Source: a virus. Taken from it: a DNA stretch of 49,363 nt. The stretch lies in the IMG/VR virus record IMGVR_UViG_3300037465_000531; one strand, 5' to 3'. A model generated the notes under the pieces. The model worked only from the letters and a program-made list of their open reading frames with translations. It made no database searches and had not been told where the DNA came from. Position numbers and translations under genes: made by a program. Below, one piece after another: positions 24,842 through 32,305 of the stretch. Every line of letters begins with the position of its first letter. Positions within the stretch are counted from its first letter, which is position 1.

Positions 24842-25759
24842 ATGGCGGTTCGAGTCAGCCAGACCAACAAAGAGATTGCGGGCACGTCGAGCACGCCTGC
24901 TTCCCGAGTCACGCAGGCGCAGGCCGAGATCCTGACCGGGCAGGCCAATACCAACGCCCGGGTGACGCAGCTCAGCACGGAGATCATCAGCACGCAGGCT
25001 GGGGCCAACGTGTGGGCGACACAGTCCACGGTTGAGATCCTGCTGTGGCTGAACAGCTGGATGATCTACGATGTGCCGAGTCTGGACGAGTCAAGTGTGC
25101 CCGCGCCGACCGTGGTGATGAGTCCGCCGCCGCCGCCGCCGGTTTTCTACTTCTACCCGTCCGGCGGCGGCAAAGTGCTCAAGTACAAGCCGACGACATC
25201 GGAGGCGGACACCCGGCTGCTGGAGCGGCAACGGTTGTGGGAGGCCTACGCGCGGGCGGCGGTGGAGGGCAGCGGGATGTCCGGTCTCAGGGTCTCTCTG
25301 GGTCGGATCACGAACGGGCTGCGATGGCTGGAGCCGGGCCGCCAGCGGCGGCGGTGGATGCGGCAGGGATCCATCGTCACGCCCGCACCGGCGGACGGGG
25401 ACGTGGCAGTGTGCGAGTTCGAGGTGCCGGAGGGCTACTACGGTTACCTGACCGGCTTCTGGTGGGCCTACACCGGGACCGGCTATGTGGAGGGCAGCAC
25501 GGACATCTACTGGCGTATCAAAATCAGCGACTGGTATCCGGAGGGCTACGGCGCGGTGCGGTTTCAGATGGGGACGCCAACGGACCCGCTGACGGTCACG
25601 GGGATGCTGCCTCTGCGCTCCCGGGAGACGGTGAAGCTGATCGTGTTCGTCAAGAACGACAGCGGGTTCATTCAGGTGGGCACCAGCAGGATCATCGGAG
25701 GGATCAGGGGATGGCTTTATGAACCGGAGGGCGGAACGGGAGGAGGCGTAAGGTGGTAA
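24842..25759 (+). CDS. Fibre-like protein: N-terminal V(T/S)Q...EI(L/I) repeats, Pro-rich hinge, C-terminal domain paralogous to gene 21841
   Basis: RVSQTNKEIAG / RVTQAQAEILTG / RVTQLSTEIIST / WATQSTVEILL repeats. MSPPPPPPVFYFYP hinge. Confidence 0.6.
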   Translation: MAVRVSQTNKEIAGTSSTPASRVTQAQAEILTGQANTNARVTQLSTEIISTQAGANVWATQSTVEILLWLNSWMIYDVPSLDESSVPAPTVVMSPPPPPPVFYFYPSGGGKVLKYKPTTSEADTRLLERQRLWEAYARAAVEGSGMSGLRVSLGRITNGLRWLEPGRQRRRWMRQGSIVTPAPADGDVAVCEFEVPEGYYGYLTGFWWAYTGTGYVEGSTDIYWRIKISDWYPEGYGAVRFQMGTPTDPLTVTGMLPLRSRETVKLIVFVKNDSGFIQVGTSRIIGGIRGWLYEPEGGTGGGVRW

Positions 25760-26046
25760 AGGACAACATGGACATCAAAATCAACGGTGATGAAGGCCCC
25801 TCCATCCGCTTTCGCATCGGACTGATGGCAATCGTGCAGGTAATCGCCACGTTCATTACGTTTGGCGTGGCGCTCCGAGTCCTCTCAGCGGACGTGGACC
25901 GGCTGAAGACGCAGAACGAGACCCTGCAGAGGGAAATGGTCATCATCCGGGAGACGCAAGCGAAGATCCTCGCAGTGATCGAGGATCTCCGGGACGACAT
26001 CCGCTACCAGCGGGAGCGGATCGACCGGAAGGTGGAGGGGCGGTGA
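25753..26046 (+). CDS. Type-II membrane protein with coiled coil (spanin-like); ATG 25768 is an alternative start
   Basis: IGLMAIVQVIATFITFGVAL, then DVDRLKTQNETLQREMVIIRETQAKILAVIEDLRDDIRYQRERI. Confidence 0.55.
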   Translation: MVKDNMDIKINGDEGPSIRFRIGLMAIVQVIATFITFGVALRVLSADVDRLKTQNETLQREMVIIRETQAKILAVIEDLRDDIRYQRERIDRKVEGR

Positions 26047-26047
26047 C

Positions 26048-26272
26048 ATGGTTTGGTACTGGCTGTTCGTAGTCGTGATGGCGGCCAGTTCGGCGCGGGA
26101 CGGGAAATGGGCTCTGGCTTCGGCGTTCCTGATCCTCGGGTCCCTGTTGTTCTGGCTCAGCAAGAAAGGAGAGGTTTCCGATGGGAAAGGTGAAGAAGAT
26201 TCTGATCATCGTTTTCAAGATTCTGCAGATCTTGGGTATTGGCGCGGGCACGGCGGCGCTCACGAACCCTGA
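26048..26272 (+). CDS. Small two-TM protein (holin-like); 3' end overlaps the next gene
   Basis: MVWYWLFVVVMAASS...WALASAFLILGSLLFWLSKKG. The 92-nt overlap with 26181 makes the true end uncertain. Confidence 0.45.
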   Translation: MVWYWLFVVVMAASSARDGKWALASAFLILGSLLFWLSKKGEVSDGKGEEDSDHRFQDSADLGYWRGHGGAHEP

Positions 26273-26396
26273 GGCGCTGTCAGGCATTCTTACCCCGGAG
26301 CAGATCGGGACTCTGGCGGCAGGCGCGGCGGTCGTGAACGCGTTCCTGCCGTCGGTGCTGGGGAAGAAAACCGGGTCGGAGCAGGGCAAAAGTTGA
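26181..26396 (+). CDS. Small membrane protein (holin-like)
   Basis: AAAGGAGAGG upstream. KILIIVFKILQILGIGAGTAAL and LAAGAAVVNAFLPSVLG. Confidence 0.6.
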   Translation: MGKVKKILIIVFKILQILGIGAGTAALTNPEALSGILTPEQIGTLAAGAAVVNAFLPSVLGKKTGSEQGKS

Positions 26397-26614
26397 CATA
26401 AATTATGTAACATCGATGAGACAGAAACAGGAATATATACTTCGTATATATTCCTCTGTTTCTGTCTCAGGTGTAATGTCACATTCAAGGTGCTCCTATT
26501 ACTTCGCGGTATTATAATAATATGACCCCTTATTACGCGCGCGCGCGATTTGGTATTTGTATTTGAGGTTTGGAGATTGTCATTGCCGCCGAGACCGGCG
26601 ACCGGAGGTGAGCC
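26397..26614. promoter_or_regulatory. AT-rich intergenic island with nested palindromes (candidate terminator/promoter/origin region)
   Basis: In a GC-rich genome this stretch contains the 26418-26468 hairpin, aatgtcacatt (26475-26485), tattataata (26510-26519), (CG)6 (26536-26547) and a TATAAT hexamer inside ggtattataataat. Confidence 0.6.
26418..26468. terminator. Long near-perfect hairpin (11 bp + 2-nt bulge + 12 bp, 3-nt loop)
   Basis: gagacagaaacaggaatatatac-ttc-gtatatattcctctgtttctgtctc, paired base by base. 22 nt after the last gene of the long rightward operon. No U-tract. Confidence 0.45.
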
Positions 26615-27232
26615 ATGGCGACCTACAAGGATCTGGCTGACGCCATCATCCAGCAGGAGGGAGCGTTCAACCCGCGCAGCGTCAACATGCGGCTGGTTAC
26701 CCAGCACGGGCTCTGGAACGTCGGCCATCTGGAATGGCGCAGCCAGCGCGGCGCTGTGCCGGTCGACATCAACGGGCGGCTGTGGGCCGGGTGGCCCAGC
26801 TACGAGGACTCCTACGACGGACTCCTGCGCCAGCTCTGGCTCTACGTTGGCAGAGGCCTGACTCTGGAGCAGATGATCTACAAGTACGCTCCCCCGCAGG
26901 AAAACTACACTGAAAAGTACATCGCCTTCGTCAGCTCGCGCACCGGCATCCCCCGCGACGGCAGGCTAGCAGACTACCTGCCGGAGGAAACCTACTTCCA
27001 GTACGCGGGGCGCAAGGCCGACCAGACGCCAACGCCGGACAGACCGTCGCCTCCCGCAGAATCAGCCGTGCCGGAGCAGGTATCCGGGTGGCCCCTCCCT
27101 CTCCTCACCGACGCCGGGGACGAATCCGCCGAGCCCGGCGTCGAAACCGCAGAACTCGGCGGATCAGCCGGAGCCTTCATCCTCCTCGCCGCAGTCGGAG
27201 CAGCAGCGGCAATCCTCCTCAAACGAGGGTGA
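26615..27232 (+). CDS. SLT/GH23-like lytic transglycosylase with C-terminal membrane anchor
   Basis: LADAIIQQEGAFNPRSVN...TQHGLWNVG resembles the SLT motif (..ES-gfnP.a.s..GA.GLMQ). GGAGGTG RBS. C-terminus GGSAGAFILLAAVGAAAAILLKRG. Confidence 0.5.
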   Translation: MATYKDLADAIIQQEGAFNPRSVNMRLVTQHGLWNVGHLEWRSQRGAVPVDINGRLWAGWPSYEDSYDGLLRQLWLYVGRGLTLEQMIYKYAPPQENYTEKYIAFVSSRTGIPRDGRLADYLPEETYFQYAGRKADQTPTPDRPSPPAESAVPEQVSGWPLPLLTDAGDESAEPGVETAELGGSAGAFILLAAVGAAAAILLKRG

Positions 27233-27243
27233 GACGCAGGAGG

Positions 27244-27292
27244 CCGGACCCCGGACCCCGGACGCAGCAGCCCGGACTCCGGACGCAGCAGC
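27244..27292. repeat. Iteron-like array of CCGGAC(C) units plus a 14-bp direct repeat ccggacgcagcagc x2
   Basis: ccggacc ccggacc ccggacg (27244-27264), ccggac at 27272 and 27279. ccggacgcagcagc at 27258-27271 and 27279-27292 (21-bp period). Confidence 0.75.
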
Positions 27293-27496
27293 TGGCATCC
27301 GGTGGCTGGCCCGGCAGGCGTGGGGGCTGTGGCTCCGGCTCTGGCGCTAGGACCGGGCGTGCTGCGGCGGAAAGGGCCCTAGGACGAGACGTTCCGGTTC
27401 CGGGGTCCTCGGGGCGCTCCCCGGCCCCGGCGAACGCTCACAGGCCGATCCGACGCAGGTGTTGATCCTGCGCCGCGCCCGCTGCATACTGGGGCC

Positions 27497-28027
27497 ATGA
27501 CCCCAATGCAAATCGTGCTTCCCGCCGCCGAGGGCGTCAACCCGGCGGTCCTCATCGACTGCGGCGGCGCGTCCCTGCCGGATGTGCTGGGCTACTGCAG
27601 CCGGAGCCTCGGGTGGTCCCGGGTCCTCCTGTCCTTGGGCGAGCAGGACGGAGGGCGCGGGATTATGGCGAACATCGGAGACTTGCTGGCCGAACAGATC
27701 GAGGCGGCCAGCCTTGAGATGGTCGTCGAGGCCATCCCCAAGGGCGCAACGATCCGGCGCATCATCATCGGCAACGGCGTGCTGGCCACAGTCAGCCAGC
27801 CGGACGGAACCATTCTCGACAACGCCATCGAGGCCGTCAACGACGTCGAGAATCCGCCGCTCAGCCTGTCCCCGGGTTTCTATGACATCGACGAGGAAGA
27901 GGACGAGGACTGGGACGACGAGGACCTCGAAGAAGGCGAAGACGAGGAGCTCGAAGACGAAGACGAGGAGGACGAGGAGGAGGAATCCGATGCCGAGGAT
28001 CAGGCGAAGACTGCAGCGATTGACTGA
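27497..28027 (+). CDS. Protein with extreme poly-acidic C-terminal tail
   Basis: ...FYDIDEEEDEDWDDEDLEEGEDEELEDEDEEDEEEESDAEDQ. GC-rich third codon positions from ATG 27497. Confidence 0.7.
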   Translation: MTPMQIVLPAAEGVNPAVLIDCGGASLPDVLGYCSRSLGWSRVLLSLGEQDGGRGIMANIGDLLAEQIEAASLEMVVEAIPKGATIRRIIIGNGVLATVSQPDGTILDNAIEAVNDVENPPLSLSPGFYDIDEEEDEDWDDEDLEEGEDEELEDEDEEDEEEESDAEDQAKTAAID

Positions 28028-28220
28028 CCGTCTCCTGATCCTCCTCCGACCCACCGTCCTTTGGGCGATCTGCATCTCCCTGCTGTTCTTGGCCACCCGC
28101 CGCAATCCGGTGGACTTCGTGCTGGCCGTGGCCGGGCTCTTCTTCCTCGGCCCGGCGGTTTACGCCACCGAGGATGCCATCTTGGAATGGGGCCTCGCCA
28201 AAGATCTCGACGAGTTCTAA
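27990..28220 (+). CDS. Small two-TM membrane protein (76 aa)
   Basis: GAGGAGGAGGAATCCG-ATG. LLILLRPTVLWAICISLLFLA and FVLAVAGLFFLGPAVYA. Overlaps the acidic tail coding region by 38 nt. Confidence 0.6.
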   Translation: MPRIRRRLQRLTDRLLILLRPTVLWAICISLLFLATRRNPVDFVLAVAGLFFLGPAVYATEDAILEWGLAKDLDEF

Positions 28221-28277
28221 GACCTGTGGCATGATGTGTTCAAGGGCGAAAGCTAACTCCTCCGGCTTGTGCCCAAG

Positions 28278-28317
28278 CGCCCCCTCCGGCGCACTCCCCC
28301 TGCCGCCGGAGGGGGCG
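28278..28317. terminator. Very stable GC hairpin (14-bp stem, 12-nt loop)
   Basis: cgccccctccggcg-cactccccctgc-cgccggagggggcg; ~58 nt downstream of the 28220 stop; no U-tract. Confidence 0.35.
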
Positions 28318-28395
28318 AGCGACCCCGGAAACTCCCCCCGCCAAAACCCTCTTCTGGAAGCGCATTTTTCTGTGCGTAGTGTCTCGTTCAGGCGC

Positions 28396-28413
28396 TTTTT
28401 TAGCGCCTAAAAA
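28396..28413. promoter_or_regulatory. Palindromic motif site 1: T6-AGCGCCT-A5 (operator candidate), nested in AGGCGCT/AGCGCCT inverted repeat
   Basis: 28398-28413 is the exact reverse complement of 31379-31394 (16 nt). 77 nt upstream of ATG 28490. Confidence 0.65.
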
Positions 28414-28489
28414 CTCTAAGTCCCTTGATTCCGTAAGCAAGGGGCCGGACAATATATTCAAACCGTCTCATCAGACGAAAGGAGAGCAC

Positions 28490-29035
28490 ATGATCATCTA
28501 TCCCAAGCCGGACGTCCCAATCGCCTCCGCTCAGGAGCCGATCCAGTCAATTTACCTCTTCCCGCTCATGCAGACCCGGGATGACTACCGCGAGGTGTTT
28601 TCGTCCGAGCCCCCGCCCCCGGACCCCTCGATCCGAGCCAAGAACTGGCTCGACCCGGGTTACGCCGGAATGGCCGAGGACGACGGCGAGGAGGTCAGCT
28701 ACACCATCCTGTCCGTCGACCCCAAGACCGGATCCTACCGCGTCCGCGAAGACGGCACCCCGGTTCTGACCACCCTCACCATCAGCAAGTACCTCGCTGG
28801 CCGGGTCAACATCCCAACCGGCCAGACCAACGAGTTTCCTTCCACGGCACCCATCTCCAAGTTCATCCCCCTGCCGGTGCCCCTGCGCCAGCTCCACCCG
28901 GACGAGTACCTCGCCATGAGCGGCGGCATCTTCCCCCAGCCCGTCGTCATCAACCGCCGCAAGATCACTACCACCGCCAAGGACATCGCAGCCAAGATCC
29001 GTGCGCTGCTCGACGAGCTGGACAGCAAGCTGTAA
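28490..29035 (+). CDS. Hypothetical Pro-rich protein
   Basis: GAAAGGAGAG upstream of ATG 28490; stop overlaps the integrase start (TAATG). Confidence 0.7.
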   Translation: MIIYPKPDVPIASAQEPIQSIYLFPLMQTRDDYREVFSSEPPPPDPSIRAKNWLDPGYAGMAEDDGEEVSYTILSVDPKTGSYRVREDGTPVLTTLTISKYLAGRVNIPTGQTNEFPSTAPISKFIPLPVPLRQLHPDEYLAMSGGIFPQPVVINRRKITTTAKDIAAKIRALLDELDSKL

Positions 29036-29664
29036 TGCCGAGGATCAAGTACGCAACCAAGGAACAGATCGACGCGCTGCTGGCGGCGTCCTACTCCGAC
29101 GTCCGGGACCACGCCATCCTGACCCTCATGTTCTGGCGCGGTCTCCGGGCTTCGGAGGTCGGCATGCTGCGGCTGGAAGACTACAACCGCGCCGACGGAC
29201 GGCTCTACGTCCACCGGGCCAAGGGCAGCCTCAGCGCCGAGTATCTGCTCTCGCCTCAGGAGCGCAAGGCGATGGACGCGTGGACCCGCGTGCGGGGCAC
29301 TGATCCCGGCCCCCTGTTTGTCAGCCGGAAACGGGGACCCATAACCCGGCAGCAGCTTCATCGGATGGTCCAGCGCTACGCCCGCAAGGCCGGGTGGCCC
29401 GAGGAGCTCTGCCACCCGCACACGCTGCGGCACTCTGTCGCCGTCCACCTTGTGGAGCAGGGCGTCGACCTGCTCGCCATCAAGGACTGGCTCGGCCACA
29501 AGGCGATCACGTCCACCACGGTTTACGCGCAGATTACCAACAAGGCCCGGGATGCGGTGGCCGAGAGAGTGTACTCCGCTTCCGAGCCCGCTGTGGTGAA
29601 AGTCAACTGGTCCAGAAACCGGCGAGGCCGCAGAAGGACAGCAGGATCCGGAGCGAGCTCATGA
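29035..29664 (+). CDS. int: Minimal tyrosine recombinase (catalytic domain only, 209 aa)
   Basis: WRGLRASEV (Arg I), HPHTLRHSVAVHLVEQGVDLLAIKDWLGHKAITSTTVYAQ (H-x-x-R, H, Tyr). Arg I lies at about residue 37, so there is no room for an N-terminal core/arm-binding domain. Confidence 0.9.
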   Translation: MPRIKYATKEQIDALLAASYSDVRDHAILTLMFWRGLRASEVGMLRLEDYNRADGRLYVHRAKGSLSAEYLLSPQERKAMDAWTRVRGTDPGPLFVSRKRGPITRQQLHRMVQRYARKAGWPEELCHPHTLRHSVAVHLVEQGVDLLAIKDWLGHKAITSTTVYAQITNKARDAVAERVYSASEPAVVKVNWSRNRRGRRRTAGSGASS

Positions 29665-30266
29665 CAATGGAGAGATTCGTGCTCAAAACGGTTGGCGGAC
29701 GGGAGTTCGACCAGCTCCTCAGGTACACATACGGAGGCAGCCTGAAACGGTTTCTCGAAGCCAACGACATGTCGTCTCTGGAGGATTTCCTAGACGAATT
29801 CGGCGGGGACGAGGAAAAAGCCAGACAGTGGCTTTGGGAAATGGTCTCCGATCAAGTGAGAGAGATGGAAGAAAGCATGGAGGAGGATCGGAAGCGGCTC
29901 GAGCGGGAAGAGGAAGAGAACCGCATCCACCGCATCTGGATCGAGCAAGTCCAGCCGCTTAGAGACCGCGCGGTCGAATACGCGCGGCGGATGCCCGACG
30001 TCTACTCCATCCGCGAAAACGTCTCAAGCACTTACATCCAAGGACCGTCCGGAACGATCCGGTTCAGCGACCATCCGCAGAAGGTCGACTATGACAACCG
30101 TGGCCGCTCGGTGGTGCGCGGCGGCTGGGCCAAAGGCAGCCATATATGGTCCGGGGACTACTATCCTTCGGCTGACTACTCGGTGGATCCGTCCAACGCG
30201 GGCCGGTTTTCATGGAGCGATGTGCTGTCGTGGCTCAAGGATATCGCCAAGGAGGAACAGGAATGA
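29661..30266 (+). CDS. Hypothetical protein with acidic coiled-coil centre
   Basis: ATGA overlap; REMEESMEEDRKRLEREEEENRIHRIW. Confidence 0.7.
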   Translation: MTMERFVLKTVGGREFDQLLRYTYGGSLKRFLEANDMSSLEDFLDEFGGDEEKARQWLWEMVSDQVREMEESMEEDRKRLEREEEENRIHRIWIEQVQPLRDRAVEYARRMPDVYSIRENVSSTYIQGPSGTIRFSDHPQKVDYDNRGRSVVRGGWAKGSHIWSGDYYPSADYSVDPSNAGRFSWSDVLSWLKDIAKEEQE

Positions 30267-30790
30267 ACACAACCGTCGGGGTCGCCTTCCGCAAGGCCAT
30301 GGCGGGAGGGTTGTTCGACAAGATCATCGGACTCCGCGCCGGTCTGCCCGGCATGGTTTACAGCCACTGCGAGTTCTGCTGGCCCGCCAAGAGTTTCGTC
30401 GTCACCGCCAAGTTCATCGGCTGGAAACGGCAGCAATACGATCCGTCAGAGTGGGACGTCATGCCTCTGCCTGTCGACGCCGAGGAGTCGGAGCATCTGG
30501 CGCACCTGTGCGAGGAACTGCTGCAGTCCAAGCCGCGCTACGACTGGCCCGGGCTGTTCAGCGTCGGTGCCCTCCACCTAGCCGGTCGGGAGCTGCCCAA
30601 GTGGTGGTTCTGCTCGGAACAGGTGGCGTGGGCGCTCCGCAAGCTGGGATACGTCGACCTGTTCTGCCTCCACAAAGAAGCCTATACGCCTTCGCTGGTC
30701 GCCTACACCATCTCCCAATGGCTCGGCCTGCCTCAACCGGTAGCCGATGCGCTGGCGTCGCTGGCAAGGGCGAGGAGGGGAAGGAAATGA
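30263..30790 (+). CDS. Permuted papain-fold (YiiX/NlpC-P60-like) peptidase/amidase candidate
   Basis: His before Cys: GMVYSHCEF ... KWWFCSEQVAWALRKLG. ATGA overlap. Confidence 0.45.
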   Translation: MNTTVGVAFRKAMAGGLFDKIIGLRAGLPGMVYSHCEFCWPAKSFVVTAKFIGWKRQQYDPSEWDVMPLPVDAEESEHLAHLCEELLQSKPRYDWPGLFSVGALHLAGRELPKWWFCSEQVAWALRKLGYVDLFCLHKEAYTPSLVAYTISQWLGLPQPVADALASLARARRGRK

Positions 30791-30999
30791 AGACCAAGGC
30801 CGGACGCACAGCCAACTGGCACGACGTGCTGGACCGCCACCGCTTCAGGGTCACCCTGTCCTGCGGCGTGGACAGCCGCGTGCTCATCGTCACCAGCGTG
30901 GCGGTGGCCAAAACTGGACTGGAGCCCGGATGGCGGGTATCCCAAGTCGATCAATGGGACCCGGCCCGCTGCTGCTGGTTCTCTCTCGAAGTCTTCTGA
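30787..30999 (+). CDS. Small hypothetical protein (70 aa)
   Basis: ATGA overlap with the upstream gene; convergently overlaps the HTH gene by 49 nt. Confidence 0.5.
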   Translation: MKTKAGRTANWHDVLDRHRFRVTLSCGVDSRVLIVTSVAVAKTGLEPGWRVSQVDQWDPARCCWFSLEVF

Positions 31000-31256
31000 C
31001 TCTCCCGCCTCAGCGCGGTGTACGACTGCACCGCGCGTTCCAGACGCCGCACGAACTCTCCGTGCGCGATCCCCAGCGCTTTGGCCAGCCTCATTGAAAC
31101 GGTGCGGTTCGGCACCAGCATTCCGCGCAGGATCTTGTAGGCGTGAGGCCTGCGGAGACCGGCTTTCCACGCAATGTCAGCCACGCGCACGCTCGGAGGC
31201 AGATTCCAGAGCTGCTCGACCAGATCCCTCCACTTCGTCCTTGGAGCCAGAGGCAT
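30951..31256 (-). CDS. HTH (Cro/CI-type-like) transcriptional regulator, repressor candidate
   Basis: VADIAWKAGLRRPHAYKILRGMLVPNRTVSMRLAKALGI. One of the few minus-strand genes, and divergent from the replication operon. Confidence 0.65.
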   Translation of the reverse strand: MPLAPRTKWRDLVEQLWNLPPSVRVADIAWKAGLRRPHAYKILRGMLVPNRTVSMRLAKALGIAHGEFVRRLERAVQSYTALRRESQKTSRENQQQRAGSH

Positions 31257-31378
31257 GCCATTATTCTACAACGGTTTGCAATTTCCTGCGTGTATTTTCT
31301 TACACCGCAACCTGTAGCGGTCGTTTGTGCGGACTCTGCATCTTGCGCTGGATTGTGCGCGACCCGGGGCGTAGATTC

Positions 31379-31394
31379 TTTTTAGGCGCTAAAA
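31379..31394. promoter_or_regulatory. Palindromic motif site 2: T5-AGGCGCT-A4 (operator candidate)
   Basis: Arms TTTTAG/CTAAAA around GCG. Ends 4 nt before ATG 31399. Contains a TAAAAT hexamer. Confidence 0.65.
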
Positions 31395-31398
31395 TCCT

Positions 31399-31668
31399 AT
31401 GACACCCGGACCCATCTCACTAGAACAGCTCAGACAGCTCCAAGACGCAATGCAGCGTGATTTGGACAGGATTCAGACTCTGATTGACATGATCCAGTCG
31501 CTGCCGGAGGACGCGAAAGCAGAAGAAATGCTTCGGGTTCTGTTGGAGATCAGCCGGAAGAACCTCTTGGCCCAGTCCACCGATCTCAGACAGAAGCTGG
31601 ACAGCCTGCGACCGGCCATGGCCAACATCATTCTCGCCACCCCGATGCCGGGAGGTCCGAGGTCATGA
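31399..31668 (+). CDS. Small helical hypothetical protein
   Basis: ORF track; no SD; first gene of the rightward replication operon. Confidence 0.65.
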   Translation: MTPGPISLEQLRQLQDAMQRDLDRIQTLIDMIQSLPEDAKAEEMLRVLLEISRKNLLAQSTDLRQKLDSLRPAMANIILATPMPGGPRS

Positions 31669-32276
31669 GGAAGAGGCCAGCGAAAGTTCAAGAAGAGCTG
31701 TGGACGGAGAGCACAGCGCAGCCGTCGGAGAACGCAGTCGAGTTCAGCGAGGAGGAGTGGCAGCAACCGGCGGCGGACAACAAGGGGCACTCGGCTAAAG
31801 TTTCCTGCCGCGTGCCCCCGCCGGTGACGCGGATGATCGACTCCATTGTAGCAAGCCAGAGGTTTCCCTACCAGACCGCCGACGACCTGCTCCGGCACGC
31901 CGTCGTCCGACACCTCTACGCCCTCCACGCCTACGACCAGACCCTGCCCCGCACGCTCTACACCACGGCCATGGCCATCATCCGCATGGTGCAGGACCAC
32001 GAGGCCATGACCACCATGAGGGAGTCCGTGGTCCGAGCCGCAGGCATGTTGCAGGAGCTCGCTCAGGAGCAGGACTGGGCTGAGATCGCCCGGCGCATCG
32101 CCTTCGTCGACGCCGCCATCGCGCAGATGCCAGCCACCAGTCCGTGGCGGCGCAAGTTCGAGTCGCAGTGGCGCAAGAAAACCGAGAAGTACCGGCAGGC
32201 GGTCGAGGACTCGGGGGACGGCGACAGGCCAGCAGGCCCCTGCCCCAGCACGCTGCCAGCCCACATCGACATCTAG
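31665..32276 (+). CDS. Hypothetical protein (possible ribbon-helix-helix start)
   Basis: ATGA overlap. AKVSCRVPPPVTRMIDSIVAS resembles an RHH strand-helix. Confidence 0.65.
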   Translation: MRKRPAKVQEELWTESTAQPSENAVEFSEEEWQQPAADNKGHSAKVSCRVPPPVTRMIDSIVASQRFPYQTADDLLRHAVVRHLYALHAYDQTLPRTLYTTAMAIIRMVQDHEAMTTMRESVVRAAGMLQELAQEQDWAEIARRIAFVDAAIAQMPATSPWRRKFESQWRKKTEKYRQAVEDSGDGDRPAGPCPSTLPAHIDI

Positions 32277-32305
32277 ACGTAGTCTCGCAGGGGGAAACAC
32301 AGACA

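Noticed and set aside
26391-26420. TTGACA overlapping the stop of gene 26181, as a -35 element.
   Set aside because: There is no acceptable -10 hexamer at 16-18 nt spacing (atgaga), so I did not call a promoter there.
27088-27465. A 125-aa Arg-rich ORF spanning the 27233-27496 gap.
   Set aside because: It starts inside the SLT-like gene in another frame. Its product is almost pure R/P/G/S, and the region is better explained as a repeat-bearing non-coding spacer.
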